From Niallia sp. (GTDB lineage Bacteria; Bacillota; Bacilli; Bacillales; Cytobacillaceae), in contig DATMFU010000175.1 of assembly GCA_035556015.1 (NCBI GenBank), forward strand, positions 1 through 51,364: 51,364 nucleotides of DNA, read 5' to 3'. The notes beneath the pieces were generated by a model, which had not been told where the DNA came from, searched no databases, and saw nothing but the letters and a program-made list of their open reading frames with translations. Positions 18,726 to 28,985 of the stretch are shown here, in pieces. Each line of letters opens with the position of its first letter. The stretch's first letter is position 1. The position numbers and the translations under genes are program-made.

Positions 18726-20420
18726 ATGTCTTTTACACAAAATTTTCATGTGGTTGGCAATAGTCTCACTTGGTCAGCCATCGTTGCTCTTATTCCAATT
18801 CTTTATTTCTTTTGGGCATTGGCAATAAAGAAAATGAAAGGGTATGTAGCAGGATTAACAACGTTACTATTGGCACTGCTACTTGTGATATTTTTTTATA
18901 AAATGCCAATGGGAACTGCGGTAATGTCCGCTGTTCAAGGTGGTGTTTATGGATTAACACCAATTGGCTGGATTATAGTAACTTCTGTTTTTCTATATAA
19001 AATAACAGTGAAAACAGGACAGTTCGATGTTATTCGTAGTTCTGTACTCTCTATTACAGAAGATAGACGCTTACAAGCATTATTGATTGCATTTTCTTTT
19101 GGCGCATTTCTGGAAGGAGCAGCAGGTTTTGGAGCACCAGTAGCTATTTCCGCTGCATTATTAGTAGGACTTGGGTTTAATCCTTTGTATGCAGCAGGAC
19201 TTTGTTTAATTGCGAATACAGCGCCTGTGGCATTTGGTGCCATTGGAATTCCAATAACGGCAATGGAAGGACCGACAGGAATTCCAGCCATGGAAATCTC
19301 CAAAATGGTCGGTAGACAATTACCGTTTCTATCCCTTTTTATCCCTTTTTATTTAGTTGTAATGATGACTGGATTTAAAAAGGCATGGGAAGTACTACCT
19401 GCTATCTTAGTTTCAGGTATCTCGTTTGCATTAACACAATATTTAAGCTCAAATTTCTTAGGACCTGAATTACCAGATGTTCTTTCTGCTTTAGTTTCCT
19501 TATTTGCATTAGCAATCTTTTTAAAGTTTTGGAAGCCAAAAAATATTTATCGTTTTTCTTCGGAACAAGAGATAGCTGCAACAGTTGCCGTGGATACTCC
19601 ACAAAGAAAGGAAAATACATACACTGGTGGTCAAGTATTCAAAGCATGGTCTCCATTTTTAGTGTTAACAGCATTTATATCTTTATGGGGAATTCCGGTT
19701 CTTAAACTAGCCTTAACAGGACATTATGAGGGAACAAATATCATTTTAAAAGGTGTTAATGTTATCGGAAAAGGATTTACATTTATGCCCGAAGTACCTT
19801 TCTTGCATAATAAAGTCATTGACGGTTCTACAGGGGAAGCTATTGCTGCTGTTTTTAAGCTTGAAGTTTTAGGTGGGGCTGGTACTGCAATCCTTTTTGC
19901 TGCAATTGTGACAAAGTATATTCTTAAAATGTCATGGCGTGATTGGGGAATGACTTTTTGGGAAACCATTAATGAAATAAAATATCCGTTATTAACAATT
20001 TGTGCGGTGGTTGGTTATGCCTATATTACGAATTCTTCTGGAATGAGTACGACGTTGGGAATGGTTTTAGCGAAAACTGGAGCACTGTTTCCATTCTTCT
20101 CACCAGTTTTGGGATGGCTCGGTGTATTCATTACAGGTTCCGATACTTCTGCCAATCTATTGTTTGCGAAACTTCAACAGGTTACGTCAAGTTCCATTGG
20201 AATGGATCCAGTATTGGCACTTGCGGCTAACTCATCTGGTGGAGTAACAGGAAAAATGATATCTCCACAATCCATAGCTGTTGCATGTGCTGCAGTTGGT
20301 TTAGCAGGAAAGGAATCTGACTTATTACGATTTACTGTCAAACATAGTCTCTTCTTATTGTTGCTCGTATGTATCATCACATACCTACAAAATAACGTGT
20401 TTTCATGGATGATCCCTTAA
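18726..20420 (+). CDS. lutP: L-lactate permease
   Basis: LLIAFSFGAFLEGAAGFGAP, ANTAPVAFGAIG, GSDTSANLLF, GKMISPQS. Confidence 0.95.
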   Translation: MSFTQNFHVVGNSLTWSAIVALIPILYFFWALAIKKMKGYVAGLTTLLLALLLVIFFYKMPMGTAVMSAVQGGVYGLTPIGWIIVTSVFLYKITVKTGQFDVIRSSVLSITEDRRLQALLIAFSFGAFLEGAAGFGAPVAISAALLVGLGFNPLYAAGLCLIANTAPVAFGAIGIPITAMEGPTGIPAMEISKMVGRQLPFLSLFIPFYLVVMMTGFKKAWEVLPAILVSGISFALTQYLSSNFLGPELPDVLSALVSLFALAIFLKFWKPKNIYRFSSEQEIAATVAVDTPQRKENTYTGGQVFKAWSPFLVLTAFISLWGIPVLKLALTGHYEGTNIILKGVNVIGKGFTFMPEVPFLHNKVIDGSTGEAIAAVFKLEVLGGAGTAILFAAIVTKYILKMSWRDWGMTFWETINEIKYPLLTICAVVGYAYITNSSGMSTTLGMVLAKTGALFPFFSPVLGWLGVFITGSDTSANLLFAKLQQVTSSSIGMDPVLALAANSSGGVTGKMISPQSIAVACAAVGLAGKESDLLRFTVKHSLFLLLLVCIITYLQNNVFSWMIP

Positions 20421-20492
20421 AGTAGGAAATTTTAGTTTTATTCCAGCTAAGTGAAATGGTAAAATATAGGTAAATTTAAGGGATGTAGTAAG

Positions 20493-20530
20493 AGGGTTAT
20501 TTTCTACTTGCAGAAAATAACCCTTTCTAT
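20493..20530 (+). terminator. Intrinsic terminator
   Basis: AGGGTTATTTTCT...AGAAAATAACCCT followed by a T-rich tail. Confidence 0.8.
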
Positions 20531-20728
20531 TTAGGTAGTTCTTTCTTTGTCTATCACCTAAGTTAATGGCTTATTGAATTAGGTGAGCACAAGTGCTATC
20601 TCATCCTTTTCCTATTTAATAATCCTCGGTAAGTACCTCAAAATTCAATTAGGCAAATGCACATTTTTTTAACTTCAATGCATATACTGCTATGGGATTA
20701 TATGTAGTAAAAAAAGGAGTGTTGAATA

Positions 20729-20941
20729 ATGAGCGGAGATTGGAATCTTAAGGATCCATATGTTTATGAAGCCTTAACAGGACTTCAGAATAAATCCCTT
20801 GCTGTCCAAACATCACGAGGTACAGTAAGAGGTGAGCTTAAGAAGGTAATGCCTGATCATATCGTTGTTAATATGGGAGGATCACCATTTTATATTCGTA
20901 CGGAACAGATAATTTGGTTCCATCAGATAAAGAGCGAATAG
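20729..20941 (+). CDS. yuzF: YuzF-family (DUF2642) small protein
   Basis: DPYVYEAL...VQTSRGTVRGEL..V.PDHIVV...FYIRTEQIIW; AAGGAG RBS; precedes Mn catalase. Confidence 0.8.
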   Translation: MSGDWNLKDPYVYEALTGLQNKSLAVQTSRGTVRGELKKVMPDHIVVNMGGSPFYIRTEQIIWFHQIKSE

Positions 20942-21003
20942 GCTAAGCTCTATCTAACATATGATGGCAATGGTTATTATTCATGGATGGAGGTATAAGT
21001 GTC

Positions 21004-21894
21004 ATGATAAAACGCGTGAATAAAATTGCCATTGAACTCCCAAAACCAGATTATGGCGATATGAATGCAGCTGCTGCAGTTCAGGAATTGTTGGGAGGAA
21101 AATTCGGTGAAATGTCCACTTTAAATAACTATATGTTTCAATCTTTTAATTTTCGTGGTAAGAAAAAGTTTAAGCCCTTCTATGATTTAATTGCGAGTAT
21201 TACAGCGGAAGAATTTGGCCATGTTGAATTAGTTGCGAACGCAATTAATCTACTTTCTATAGGCAATACCGTCCCTGGTGACCCAGATACTGCCCCACTA
21301 CAAAACGGGAAGGATGCTCGTTATTCTCTTCATTTTACTACTACTGCTCAAACGGCTTATCCAGGAGATAGTATGGGAAGACCATGGAACGGAACATTTG
21401 TAAATAATAGTGGTACACTTGTTGAAGATCTTCTCGCCAATTATTTATTGGAAATTGGCGCAAGGAACCATAAAATGCGAGTTTATGAAATGACTACTCA
21501 TCCAACTGCATTAGAAATGATTGGCTACTTACTTGTTAGAGGTGGAACCCACATTATTGCCTATGCCAAAGCTATCGAAGTAGCTACAGGAGTAGAAGTA
21601 GATAAAATGCTTCCTGTTCCAAGTTTGGATAATAGTAAATTTGATCATGCCAAAAAGTTTATGGACCAAGGATTATATAATGTATTGTATACATGGGGAG
21701 AGAAAGAATACCGAGACATTAACCAAATTTGGAAAGGGCAAAACCCTGAAACTGGTGATCCGTTGCGAGTGATAGATGGAATGCCTGAGGGAGCTGCTGT
21801 ACCTGATCTTCCAGAACTTCCAGAACAATTTGCCCCAGGAATTGACCTGGATGATTATAAGCGTATTTTAAAACGGTTAAAAAGTAATATGTAA
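21004..21894 (+). CDS. Manganese catalase family protein
   Basis: QELLGGKFGEMSTLNNY, ITAEEFGHVE, RGGTH; ATG 21004 follows GGAGG (ORF track starts at 20983). Confidence 0.92.
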   Translation: MIKRVNKIAIELPKPDYGDMNAAAAVQELLGGKFGEMSTLNNYMFQSFNFRGKKKFKPFYDLIASITAEEFGHVELVANAINLLSIGNTVPGDPDTAPLQNGKDARYSLHFTTTAQTAYPGDSMGRPWNGTFVNNSGTLVEDLLANYLLEIGARNHKMRVYEMTTHPTALEMIGYLLVRGGTHIIAYAKAIEVATGVEVDKMLPVPSLDNSKFDHAKKFMDQGLYNVLYTWGEKEYRDINQIWKGQNPETGDPLRVIDGMPEGAAVPDLPELPEQFAPGIDLDDYKRILKRLKSNM

Positions 21895-22085
21895 CTAGAC
21901 ATCTTATTTAATTGATTCGTGAGGTGCAATTTTGTTTTTCTCTTCACAATTAATCTTTTTAGCCAAACACTGATGAAGGATATCATATGTAGGATGAACG
22001 AGAGTATATTAATTTAATCCATAATCTATTTTCAAATTATTAGCTGAGAAAGGCACTAAAATATGGAAATCAAGTTGTTATATGC

Positions 22086-22130
22086 AAAAAAACATCTATT
22101 TTCTAAGACTAGAAAATAGATGTTTTTATT
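22086..22130. terminator. Bidirectional intrinsic terminator
   Basis: AAAAACATCTATTTTCTA...TAGAAAATAGATGTTTTT. Confidence 0.8.
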
Positions 22131-22159
22131 TTATTCTCCTATTAGGAAAGTGGAGTCTT

Positions 22160-23317
22160 TTATTCAGGTTTAGTTACTTTTGCATTTGCACGTACTGGTT
22201 TAAAGATTGACAGTACATATATTACTAATCCTGCAATACCAATTCCTAGAATAGTGTTGAAAGATCCACCAGTGTAAAAGCCACTACCAAAATAGAATAT
22301 CTCACGTAAACCTTCAGAAGCAAAACGAAGTGGAACCCAAGGGCGAATAAAGTTTACGAAGAAACTTGGAAGCATTTCTTTTGGTGTCATTAATACACCC
22401 ATACCTAACAGCATAACAACCATGAATAAGGTAATCGCAGGTTTACCAATCCATGCAGTAATGGCTGATACTAATAAGTAGAAACAGAATGCTGCAAAGG
22501 ATACAAAGAAAGCAACTAAGAAGTAGCTTGGCATGTTAATTCCAGCTATTGAAGCTAATGTTGCAACGGTGAAACCTGAGAATAAAGCAATAATAATACC
22601 GAATAAAACTTGTCCACCCATTAGACGTAATGTTTGTTTACGAGTAGGCATTTCTCTTTTTAAAATGTTTGTTGTTGTTAAAAATACAATGAATCCACCA
22701 ATTAATGCACCTACCCAAGCAGGCACGGCCATTAATGTTGGAGCACTACCGTTAGCGGTAGAAGCTGTAATTAAGTTAAAGATCTTTTCTTCTGATACAA
22801 TCGGATTTACTAAAGTAGTGGCTTGTGTAGCATCGATTTGACTGTCACCCATTTGGTTTATAAAGTTAGCTGAATATTGGTTGCTTAATTGAGTAATTAA
22901 GCCGTTTAAAGCAGTTTTCGCCGTATTAGCACCTGTCATATTAAAACCTTGGTTAATATATACTTTTAACGTTGCTGGCTCGTTATCTGTCATTACATTT
23001 TGAACTGCGTCGTTATAACCTTCTGGAATTACCAATGCTGCATAATATTCTTTGTCCGCAAATAAATCTTCAATATCTGACTCTTTTTCCTTTGTAAAAG
23101 CTAGCATAGGTTCTTCCCCATTTGTACCTTTACTCATTTGTTCAACAGCTGATTGGATAGCATCAACATGTGCACCCTCATCATTTACAATCAAGGCGAT
23201 AGGTAGGTTTTTTACCTTTGGATCTCCTTGGGCGAATAAGTTTACCGAAAATAGTGCAATTATTAATATAACAGCAATGGGAGCAGCCCATGCTAATTTT
23301 TCTTTGAAAAGTTTCAA
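22160..23317 (-). CDS. YhgE/Pip-family (ABC-2-like) membrane protein
   Basis: N-terminal TM, LPIALIVNDEG, YYAALVIPEG, five C-terminal TMs, PWVPLRFASEGLREIFYFG. Confidence 0.8.
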   Translation of the reverse strand: MKLFKEKLAWAAPIAVILIIALFSVNLFAQGDPKVKNLPIALIVNDEGAHVDAIQSAVEQMSKGTNGEEPMLAFTKEKESDIEDLFADKEYYAALVIPEGYNDAVQNVMTDNEPATLKVYINQGFNMTGANTAKTALNGLITQLSNQYSANFINQMGDSQIDATQATTLVNPIVSEEKIFNLITASTANGSAPTLMAVPAWVGALIGGFIVFLTTTNILKREMPTRKQTLRLMGGQVLFGIIIALFSGFTVATLASIAGINMPSYFLVAFFVSFAAFCFYLLVSAITAWIGKPAITLFMVVMLLGMGVLMTPKEMLPSFFVNFIRPWVPLRFASEGLREIFYFGSGFYTGGSFNTILGIGIAGLVIYVLSIFKPVRANAKVTKPE

Positions 23318-23340
23318 TCTATATCATCCTTTCTCAATTT

Positions 23341-23421
23341 TCAACAGGTTGTTTAGTAGTACGATATTATTTTATAATTTGGATGTAAGCGAAGCAATGA
23401 ACAAAATAAACAGATTGTTGA
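23341..23421. promoter_or_regulatory. Pair of putative TetR operators in the divergent intergenic region
   Basis: TCAACA-GGT-TGTTTA (23341-23355) and TAAACA-GAT-TGTTGA (23407-23421), the same pseudo-palindrome in opposite orientations. Confidence 0.6.
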
Positions 23422-23446
23422 GTTTTGAAAATGAAAGGTGATTATT

Positions 23447-24031
23447 GTGGGTATTTATGAAGAAAAAAATCGAAAAACAAAGCAACTTATTCAGGTCTCA
23501 TTTATGCAAATTTTAGAGGAGAAGCCATTTGATTCTATTACTATAGGAGATATTACAAAGAAAGCAAAAATTAATCGAGGGACATTTTATTTACACTTTA
23601 CAGATAAGTACGATTTGTTGGAGAGAATAGAGCAACAATTGTTTGCAGATTTAGGAAATCATATTGATGCGTTGCAATCAGGCTATTCAACTTCTACTAC
23701 ATTAGAAAAAGAACAAGAACAATTAGCTGCTTCCTTATTTAGCTCTATTGAAACGCAATCGCCAATATTAAAGATTTTTTTAAGTGATCATGGCAGAGCC
23801 GGTTTTCACCTTCGATTTAGAGATGCCTTTTCGAAAAAGGTACGCTCTAATTTAGAGAGAAATGAGAGCTTCAATGTAAATCTAAAGGTTCCAATGGAAT
23901 ATTTTCTAGCTTTTATTACATCTGCCTTTTTAGGATTAATGGAACAATGGATTCAAAATGGGTTGGATAAGACCCCTCAAGAAATGACTGCCCTTTATAT
24001 TGATATTATTTCATTTATTCAAAAGAATTAA
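23447..24031 (+). CDS. TetR/AcrR-family regulator
   Basis: KPFDSITIGDITKKAKINRGTFYLHFTDKYDLL HTH; GTG 23447 follows GAAAGGTG (ORF track starts at 23438). Confidence 0.92.
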   Translation: MGIYEEKNRKTKQLIQVSFMQILEEKPFDSITIGDITKKAKINRGTFYLHFTDKYDLLERIEQQLFADLGNHIDALQSGYSTSTTLEKEQEQLAASLFSSIETQSPILKIFLSDHGRAGFHLRFRDAFSKKVRSNLERNESFNVNLKVPMEYFLAFITSAFLGLMEQWIQNGLDKTPQEMTALYIDIISFIQKN

Positions 24032-24121
24032 TGATACAAGTGATAAAGATAAAAAATAAATTTCTACTATTGTAACGAGGAAAATGTAGTATATAATATC
24101 AAATAAAATCTAATAAAATAG

Positions 24122-24277
24122 AAAATTAAAAAAGGTTATGGGCATTTACCATTTTCACCTATTAAGATTTCTATTGGATATGAATATTGTCATTCTTCTT
24201 ATGGAGTCATGGAACAATTGCTAAGCAAGGCAGATGCTATTATGTATAATAATAAAAAATTAAAAAGGATTAGTTGA
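24122..24277 (+). pseudogene. C-terminal relic of a GGDEF-domain gene
   Basis: Frame reads ...PFSPIKISIGYEYCHSSYGVMEQLLSKADAIMYNNKKLKRIS* (SIG...LLxxADxxMYxxK GGDEF tail); TAG upstream and no RBS. Confidence 0.7.
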
Positions 24278-24296
24278 TAGTAAGAAAATAGTGGTA

Positions 24297-24341
24297 AAAG
24301 GATGAGGTTTATCTAAACAGGATAAGCCTCATCTTTTTTTT
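24297..24341 (+). terminator. Intrinsic terminator
   Basis: GATGAGGTTTATC...GATAAGCCTCATC followed by a long T run. Confidence 0.85.
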
Positions 24342-24533
24342 GTTAAGTAGTGTTAATTTTCTAGAAGTTTATAACTATTTTAGATGATTATTATCAATTT
24401 AGTATAAAAATATGACGATTATAGTAACAAATACACATAACTTTTGTCATGATAAATTGACAGTTATTTTTATTAAGATTATTCTATAATAAGAATTTTT
24501 CGCTGTTTTTATATTAATGGAGGTCAGGCACCT

Positions 24534-26012
24534 GTGAATCAAGATAATTACAACACCCAAAGGGTTCATCGAGTAAATATTATACTAACAATAGTTTTAA
24601 TTTTTTTAATTTGCATACCTATTGTAACAGTAAAGGGGTTTGCAGCAAGTAAGGATATTATTATGGCTGGGCTACTTGTTTTAATATTGTCTACTATTAC
24701 TTATTTTTTACGAATCAATACATATATAAAAGGTTTTGTTATTGCATTACTACCATTTCTAGTAATGATTGCCCTTGTTGTGGTGGATGGATTTGCTTTA
24801 AATAAGCATTATATTATCCTTTTGACTATTGCGATGGTAACACTCTATTTCAAGAAAGAATTAATCCTAGCATTAGGAATACTTTTAGATATAGCATATA
24901 TCCTTTTATATGTTCTCCTACCTGATAATCTATTGGGAGTGAATCAGGATTTAAAGGGGTTTATTACGGTATTTTTTATAACGAATGCAATTATCGTTTT
25001 ATTATATCTATTAACTAAATGGGGTCGACACCTTATAGAGGATGCTTATCAAAAAGAGCTAGAGTCTGAAAGGTTAGTTGATAAACTAACTTCAGCTTTT
25101 ACTTCTATTGAAGAGGTTTCAGATTTACTTGATCGTCATATCACTCGCTTCAATACTGATATGGGTACTATTTATAAATCTAGTAAAAGTATTATAAAAT
25201 CAGTTGAACAAATGGCAACTGGTATACATGAAGAGGCAAATAGTGTAAATATCATAAATGACTCAATGGCTCATTCCATGACAAAAATGGGTGAAACAGT
25301 AGATATTTCAAGAGATATTGTAACAAAGTCTGAAAGTATGAATAGGAAGGTTCAAGAAGGCTGGAATAAAATTAACCAAGTTACAGACTACATGGATACG
25401 GTAGGTTCCACTATTAGTACGACTACTTTAACTGTCTCTGATTTACAATCTAGCTTGGAAAGGGTTAATACGTTACTGAAGGGTATAAGAGAAATAGCTG
25501 ATCAGACAAATTTATTAGCACTCAATGCAGCAATTGAATCTGCTCGTGCAGGTGAACATGGAAAGGGATTCGCTGTAGTAGCTGATGAAGTTAGAAAACT
25601 AGCAGAACAGAGTGCGCAGATTACCTTAAGTATTTCAGAAGTAACAGAGGAGCTATCTAATAAGTCCAAAGTAGCTCGAGAAAAATCTATACAAGGTGAA
25701 ACTGCTATAACAGAGGGAAGAACGTTACTTGGAGATATTTCCACCTACTTTGAGGAAATTAAAAATTCCTATACAGATACATATGAAAGATTATCAGATG
25801 GGATGAATGAGATAGAATTAGCTACTGCAAACTTCCTTTCCAGTCAACATCAAATCGAAAATGTCACTGCAATATCACAACAAAATGAAGCATCAACGGA
25901 AGAGATTATAGCTACTTTAGAAAATGAACATTTGTTGATTACATCCATCAACTCAGCAGTTACAGATATAAATGAATTAAGTAAACAATTACGAAAGATG
26001 ACTCAAAATTAA
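24534..26012 (+). CDS. Methyl-accepting chemotaxis protein with multi-TM sensor
   Basis: About 5-6 N-terminal TMs; [40 protein letters not shown]. Confidence 0.95.
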   Translation: MNQDNYNTQRVHRVNIILTIVLIFLICIPIVTVKGFAASKDIIMAGLLVLILSTITYFLRINTYIKGFVIALLPFLVMIALVVVDGFALNKHYIILLTIAMVTLYFKKELILALGILLDIAYILLYVLLPDNLLGVNQDLKGFITVFFITNAIIVLLYLLTKWGRHLIEDAYQKELESERLVDKLTSAFTSIEEVSDLLDRHITRFNTDMGTIYKSSKSIIKSVEQMATGIHEEANSVNIINDSMAHSMTKMGETVDISRDIVTKSESMNRKVQEGWNKINQVTDYMDTVGSTISTTTLTVSDLQSSLERVNTLLKGIREIADQTNLLALNAAIESARAGEHGKGFAVVADEVRKLAEQSAQITLSISEVTEELSNKSKVAREKSIQGETAITEGRTLLGDISTYFEEIKNSYTDTYERLSDGMNEIELATANFLSSQHQIENVTAISQQNEASTEEIIATLENEHLLITSINSAVTDINELSKQLRKMTQN

Positions 26013-26120
26013 TCAAATGGTGAAACCTTCAGATAGTGTATAGAAAGCTAAAGTGACTTTGAAGTAGGTTTTTAGAATGGTCATAAAGAACAAAAAAATT
26101 AACTTTATACTATAGAATGT

Positions 26121-26168
26121 AAAAAAAGAGGACAACTAATACGATTGTGCTATTAGTTGTCCTCTTTA
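26121..26168. terminator. Bidirectional intrinsic terminator
   Basis: AAAGAGGACAACTAATA...TATTAGTTGTCCTCTTT. Confidence 0.85.
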
Positions 26169-26180
26169 CTAGTTGCAATT

Positions 26181-27023
26181 TTAAAAGTCAAAGTTATCCG
26201 GATCTGGTCCTACTCGATAATTTTGATTGAGTTCATTAATTTTTAGCCTATCTTCTTCTGAAAGTATAAAGTCAAATACATTGGAGTTTGAAATAATCCG
26301 ATGTTCCTTTGTTGATTTCGGAATCGTTACTACACCATTTTGTAAATCCCACCGAAGAATAACCTGGGCAATAGTTTTGTTATATTTTGTAGCTATATCA
26401 TGTAAAGTTGGATTATCTAATAATTGACCTTGCATTAAAGGTGACCAAGCTTCTAATTGAATTCCATTTTCTTTACAGTAAGTGTTTAGCTCCATTTGTG
26501 CTAAACGAGGATGGTATTCCACTTGATTAATCATTGGTTTTATTTCAGCAGCCTGCATTAAGTTTTCCAGGTGATGTATTTGGAAATTACTAACTCCAAT
26601 TGCACGAATTTTACCTTCTTTATAAAGCGTTTCTAATGCTCGCCATGCATCTTTATATTTACCTTCTACTGGCCAATGAATAAGATACAGATCAAGATAA
26701 TCAAGACCAAGTTTTTTTAGGCTTGCTTCATACGCAGCTATCGTAGAATGATAGCCTAAATCGTCGTTCCAAACCTTTGAAGTGATAAATAGATCTTCCC
26801 TCGTGATAGTTGTTTCGTCCAAACTTTCGCGAATTGCTTGTCCAACACTTTCTTCATTTCCATAAATAGCTGCAGTATCAATACTACGATAACCATTTTT
26901 TATGGCAAACTTAAGACTATTCACAAGTTCCTGTCCTTCTTCCACTTTAAATACCCCGATTCCAAGCCAAGGCATTTTTACTCCATTATGCAAAGTTGTT
27001 GTATCTTTTATTGTAGTAATCAT
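26181..27023 (-). CDS. ytbE: Aldo/keto reductase (YtbE/YvgN-like)
   Basis: GYRSIDTAAIY, FITSKVW, LYLIHWP, IGVSNF, IPKS; C-terminal GPDPDNFDF; downstream of a ytbD-like MFS. Confidence 0.9.
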   Translation of the reverse strand: MITTIKDTTTLHNGVKMPWLGIGVFKVEEGQELVNSLKFAIKNGYRSIDTAAIYGNEESVGQAIRESLDETTITREDLFITSKVWNDDLGYHSTIAAYEASLKKLGLDYLDLYLIHWPVEGKYKDAWRALETLYKEGKIRAIGVSNFQIHHLENLMQAAEIKPMINQVEYHPRLAQMELNTYCKENGIQLEAWSPLMQGQLLDNPTLHDIATKYNKTIAQVILRWDLQNGVVTIPKSTKEHRIISNSNVFDFILSEEDRLKINELNQNYRVGPDPDNFDF

Positions 27024-27082
27024 TATAATAATAACCTCCCAAATTTTTATATTTATGTTTGAACCATTGAATTAGATCATCC

Positions 27083-28294
27083 TTAAGTAGTTATCACCTT
27101 TACTGCATCTTTACTTAGGTCTCTTCTTTCAAGTGTCGCATTAAAACCAGTAAGAATGGCAGCTATTAATACCATAACAGCACCTACCCAAGTGGTGTGA
27201 ATTAGTCCTAGCGAATCTGTTATAAGTCCACCTAAGTAGGATCCTATAGCAATTCCTGCGTTAAATGCGGCTATATTGATAGCAGATGCTACATCTACAC
27301 CTGATGGTACAAAGCGTTCAGCTAAGATAACTACATAGACTTGTAATCCTGGCACATTCATAAAAGCAAGAAGACCCATTAAAAAGATGGTTAACAATCC
27401 TGAAATTTTAAATGGAGCAGTAAACAATAGGCAAAATAGTATCACTGCTTGTATAACGAACATGTAAAATAACGCTTTTATTGGATTAAGATTAGCAAAT
27501 TTCCCGCCTAACATATTTCCAATTGCTATTGCAATACCATATAGAAGAAGGATAAAAGCAACTGTACCTTCTTTATATCCTGTTACGTCTTGTAAAAGGG
27601 GAGTCAAATAGGTAAAGACAACAAATGTACCTCCGTAGCCTAGTGCAGTAATGATAAATAATAGCAGTAGGCGGCCATTCGTTACTATTTTAAACTGATC
27701 ACGAAATGTAGATCGAGAACCTTTTGGTAAAGTAGATGGAATTAGATAACTGTTTGCAATCAGAGCAACAACTCCAATGACAACGATAATAAAAAAGGCC
27801 ATTCGCCATCCAAATTGTTGTCCAATAAAGGTTCCTAGTGGTACACCTGTTACAGTGGCAACGGTTAGTCCTGAAAACATAATAGAAATAGCACTAGCTC
27901 TTCTATTTTCTGATACTAAATTCGCTGCAATGGTAGAACCAATCGACATAAATATTCCATGTGAAAAAGCAGATAGAACACGTGCAAATAGTAGCATTCC
28001 AATGCTTGTTGCGGATGCTGCAATACTATTGCCTATAATGAAAACCACCATTATCCAAAGTAATAATGATTTTCGTGACATACTAGTGGTCATAGAAGTT
28101 AGAATAGGTGCTCCAACTGTAACCCCTAGAGCATATAGAGAAACCGTCAATCCTGCGGTTGTTAGTGGTATATCTAAGTCACTGGAAATTAACGGTAGTA
28201 ATCCTACGCTAATAAACTCAGTTGTTCCTATTGCAAAGGCACTAATAGCTAAAGCTAACAGAGCAAAAGTGCTTTGTTTTTTATCTACAGACAT
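27083..28294 (-). CDS. ytbD: MFS transporter (YtbD-like)
   Basis: LALAISAFAIGTTEF, GVPLGTFIGQQFGWR; 12 TMs; same gene order as B. subtilis ytbDE/ytcD. Confidence 0.88.
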   Translation of the reverse strand: MSVDKKQSTFALLALAISAFAIGTTEFISVGLLPLISSDLDIPLTTAGLTVSLYALGVTVGAPILTSMTTSMSRKSLLLWIMVVFIIGNSIAASATSIGMLLFARVLSAFSHGIFMSIGSTIAANLVSENRRASAISIMFSGLTVATVTGVPLGTFIGQQFGWRMAFFIIVVIGVVALIANSYLIPSTLPKGSRSTFRDQFKIVTNGRLLLLFIITALGYGGTFVVFTYLTPLLQDVTGYKEGTVAFILLLYGIAIAIGNMLGGKFANLNPIKALFYMFVIQAVILFCLLFTAPFKISGLLTIFLMGLLAFMNVPGLQVYVVILAERFVPSGVDVASAINIAAFNAGIAIGSYLGGLITDSLGLIHTTWVGAVMVLIAAILTGFNATLERRDLSKDAVKVITT

Positions 28295-28414
28295 GTTATT
28301 CCTCCTTCATGATTAAATAAGGTATAGACCGCTTTGTTTTTAATAGACTACAAAATACTATAGGTAAAAAACTTAGCGGATAAATGCTATTATGATACAT
28401 AAGGTATTAGTAGA

Positions 28415-28473
28415 AAAGTACGTACTTTAAAGTGCTGTAGGAACTGAAAAGTAATATAGGTACTTTTTAGTTC
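28415..28473. promoter_or_regulatory. Putative HxlR-family operator array
   Basis: Perfect palindrome AAAGTACGTACTTT 28415-28428; boxes GTAC-N6-GTGC (28422), GAAC-N6-GTAA (28441), GTAC-N6-GTTC (28460) at 19-bp period. Confidence 0.6.
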
Positions 28474-28495
28474 CTATAATAAGGAGGAACAATAG

Positions 28496-28867
28496 ATGAA
28501 GAATAAGAAATACAATATCTCAGTGGAAGCCACATTAGAAGTGATCGGAGGTAAGTGGAAATGTGTTATTCTTTGCCATTTAACACATGGGAAAAAAAGA
28601 ACTAGTGAATTGAAGCGACTAATGCCGAATATTACACAGAAGATGCTTACTCAACAATTACGGGAGTTAGAGGAAGATGGTGTAATAAATAGAATTGTTT
28701 ATAACCAAATTCCTCCGAAAGTAGAGTATGAGTTAAGTGAATATGGATGGAGTTTACAAGGAATTTTAGACTCCCTTTGTACATGGGGAGAAAACCATAT
28801 TAGAAAAGTATATGGCGATACAGTGGGAGTCTTGGAAGAGAGCGTTCTAAATGAGCATTTAAAATGA
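28496..28867 (+). CDS. ytcD: HxlR/DUF24 winged-helix regulator (YtcD-like)
   Basis: ATLEVIGGKWK, ITQKMLTQQLRELE, PPKVEYELS. Confidence 0.9.
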   Translation: MKNKKYNISVEATLEVIGGKWKCVILCHLTHGKKRTSELKRLMPNITQKMLTQQLRELEEDGVINRIVYNQIPPKVEYELSEYGWSLQGILDSLCTWGENHIRKVYGDTVGVLEESVLNEHLK

Positions 28868-28919
28868 TTAGTTTTTTGGAAAGCAGTCTAACAGTTGAAG
28901 AATATCTCTTATATGTGTA

Positions 28920-28968
28920 ATAGACCCCCGAATAGAATCTTGAAAAGATAGCCTATTCGGAGGTCTAT
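28920..28968. terminator. Stem-loop between convergent genes
   Basis: ATAGACCCCCGAATAG ... CTATTCGGAGGTCTAT. Confidence 0.6.
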
Positions 28969-28985
28969 GGTATTGACTTTTTAAA

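Noticed and set aside
18575-18763. 62-aa ORF as a lutP leader peptide
   Set aside because: No RBS; it runs across the promoter, LutR operator and cre site.
24394-24490. SigD promoter (TCAA-N16-GACGATTA) or SigA promoter (TTGACA...TATAAT) for the chemoreceptor
   Set aside because: The SigD match is weak, and the TTGACA-TATAAT spacing of 22 nt is too long.
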